64,000 bases of DNA from Schizochytrium sp. TIO01 (Eukaryota; Protista; Bigyra: Labyrinthulomycetes), in NCBI GenBank assembly GCA_004764695.1, contig SMSO01000032.1, forward strand, positions 2,418,001 through 2,482,000. Direction: 5' to 3'. The notes beneath the pieces are model-generated. The model was not told where the DNA came from. It searched no databases and worked only from the letters and a program-made list of their open reading frames with translations. Position numbers and translations under genes: made by a program. Shown in pieces: positions 61,997 through 64,000 of this stretch (positions are counted from its first letter, which is position 1; every line of letters begins with the position of its first letter).

Positions 61997-64000
61997 CATG
62001 ACCATCATGGTGATACTGTGCGTCAAAGAGGTCCTGCAGTGCTAGTTGAGAAGAGTGGCGAGCTGAAGACAATAGGATAGATGCGAAAAGTACGTGGCCA
62101 AGAAGCATACTATGCGTCCAAAGTGCGGTGACCCAGACCAGACCTTGAACTGCTGCTTGGCTGTGTTCTGATGGCACGGATGGAAACGAAGCGAAGGAGA
62201 AGGCTGGTGGGCTTCCCAGCTGATGGTGCGAAGCTGAGGAAAGCAGATGAGCATAAGAAAGGGAAACGACTCTTGTGTGCCGAGTCTATCAGCCTGACAC
62301 TTCAAGAAAAGGAGAATCCAGAAGACTGAGCATGTCTCTCTTGTACGGCCCTCTGTCTTGCGCCACGCTATGCCTGCACTCGCTGGCTCACTTGACCATT
62401 CTTGCTCTATATTAGGCGATTAGCTTAATAGCGGCACCTATCTACTGTTATTCATAGGTATCAGCGAGGACGGGTTCCCTATGAGTTCATTGTGCCAAAG
62501 TCGCACACCTGCTCTTATTGCTAACAAAGGAATTAGCAAGGAACGAGCAGCGTGGAGGCAAGATAAAGTAAGATACGGGTTAAGGAGCCAGTTTTTTTTA
62601 AATTTCTCATGGCCAAACTTTGAGGAAGCAACTATTTTCTACTTCTGTATGAAATGTATATAAGTAGTATTATAACATTTAGGCAAAGGATTGTACTCAT
62701 CTCCAGATTACAGTATATCATCCTAGGAAACTATGACCTGGATCAAGTAATGTCTTCTTCATCAAGTATCGAACAGGTTTGAATCATCTGGACTTTGTTC
62801 ATCGGTGCTAGCTGGAAACCCAAATGCTTGGCTGAATTTAGTTAATGTAAGGGTACTAACTGGTTTGGCAGCGAAGGGACCCTGCTTCATATAGATGTGA
62901 AAATAAAGATTTAGCTCAAGCATTTTGGAGTAGCTAAGATGTTCTCTGCGTAACTTACTTTTGACTTTGAACCTACGCAAGGGTGATTGAACCTAGAGTA
63001 GAGATAGAATTTCATTGCATTAAAACTTATTCTTTAGAAATCCTCTGGCTTGACTATAAACTTAATGATTAGTCTTCATGTAGAATCAATCCACATTACC
63101 GTAAATTACAACCTGTAAAATTGAGAAAGAAAATATTGCTATGCATAACGTAATTATAATTGCCCAGTGTTCAGTTGAACTAACTTAATTTGAGTCATTT
63201 TCGTAATTCAATGTTTCATTTATTTTAAAAACCTTACATGGTAACAATTTAGAAGAGAATTGTGTGATTTAGTTTAATAAAACTATTTGCGAAAGAGAAC
63301 TGGAAGTGAGAATTAACATTACCAATTTAAAAAAAAGAAAGTTTTTTTTTGTCTATTTTTCCTCGCGTCATATTATTTTAACTTAAAAAATATGTTCTGG
63401 TAGTAGTATCACCACCAAACTTAGTTCAATATTCTACGAAATGATGGTTGATAACAGTTGAATAGAATTGTATAAGACAGGTGTGTACTATTCTGGGTAC
63501 AATCTCTAAGGGTCTTCACCTCTTTGTAGTCTCAGTGTGCATCGAAGGCAACTCTATGTCTTATGTGGCAGTTTGTAGCAATGTCCACGATTCAATAAGG
63601 CCCGCATTCCACATGGCCAAAACAATGCTCAGGAACTGTGGTCGCGTGTTTGAGGTTTGGCCAACTTAATAAATCAGTGAAACGAAGTTTAATATAAAAT
63701 AATAATTTGAGTTTCTTTTGAGAAATAAATTCTATGAAATAAAATTGTCTTTTCTTTTGTCTTTTTTTAAAGTTTTATTTTTTGTTCAAGATTTTTGTTC
63801 ATGTTGCCGATTTTCAACTCGTACAGTGGAAACGCGAAAAAAACGTTGAAAAAAAGTTCAAAGAAGGCGGGAGGCAAGAAGAAAAAGAGATGGCAATGAA
63901 ACAAAAAGAAAGGCAAAGGGAAAAAAGGCAGATTGAAACCAAGGAAAAGAGAAAGTATGAACAGTGAGTTAAACATGCATGTATTAGAGCATTTGTCAAC

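Noticed and set aside
1-64000. tRNA, rRNA or snRNA genes
   Set aside because: None recognised by eye; tRNAscan-SE or Infernal would be needed to exclude them.

Overview
Eukaryotic nuclear DNA: spliceosomal GT-AG introns are sparse, intergenic spaces are long and tetranucleotide microsatellites are abundant. Composition and gene style suggest a protist such as a labyrinthulomycete/thraustochytrid (inference only). Recognisable genes: 5' end of a class-I myosin, NAC-beta/BTF3, three ADP-ribosylglycohydrolase (ARH/DraG-fold) paralogues (the third frameshifted), a Crinkler-type P-loop NTPase ORF, a decayed Ulp1/C48 protease ORF, two prokaryote-type sulfide:quinone oxidoreductase (SQR)-like flavoproteins, PIG-X, an orphan 350-aa ORF, a CEP164-type WW protein with UIM-like repeats, a CaMKK-like kinase split over two frames, a 3-exon SH3BGR-like gene and a YeeE/YedE sulfur transporter. 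Two things stand out. First, a ~5.4-kb cargo (Ulp1 relic plus intact CR-NTPase) sits between ~1.7-kb near-identical direct repeats that each consist of an ARH gene. Second, there is a possible non-mitochondrial sulfide/sulfane-sulfur system made of two three-Cys SQR-like enzymes (one with an MGCxxS lipid-anchor N-terminus) and a YeeE/YedE transporter. All family assignments come from motif recognition by eye; no database searches were run.
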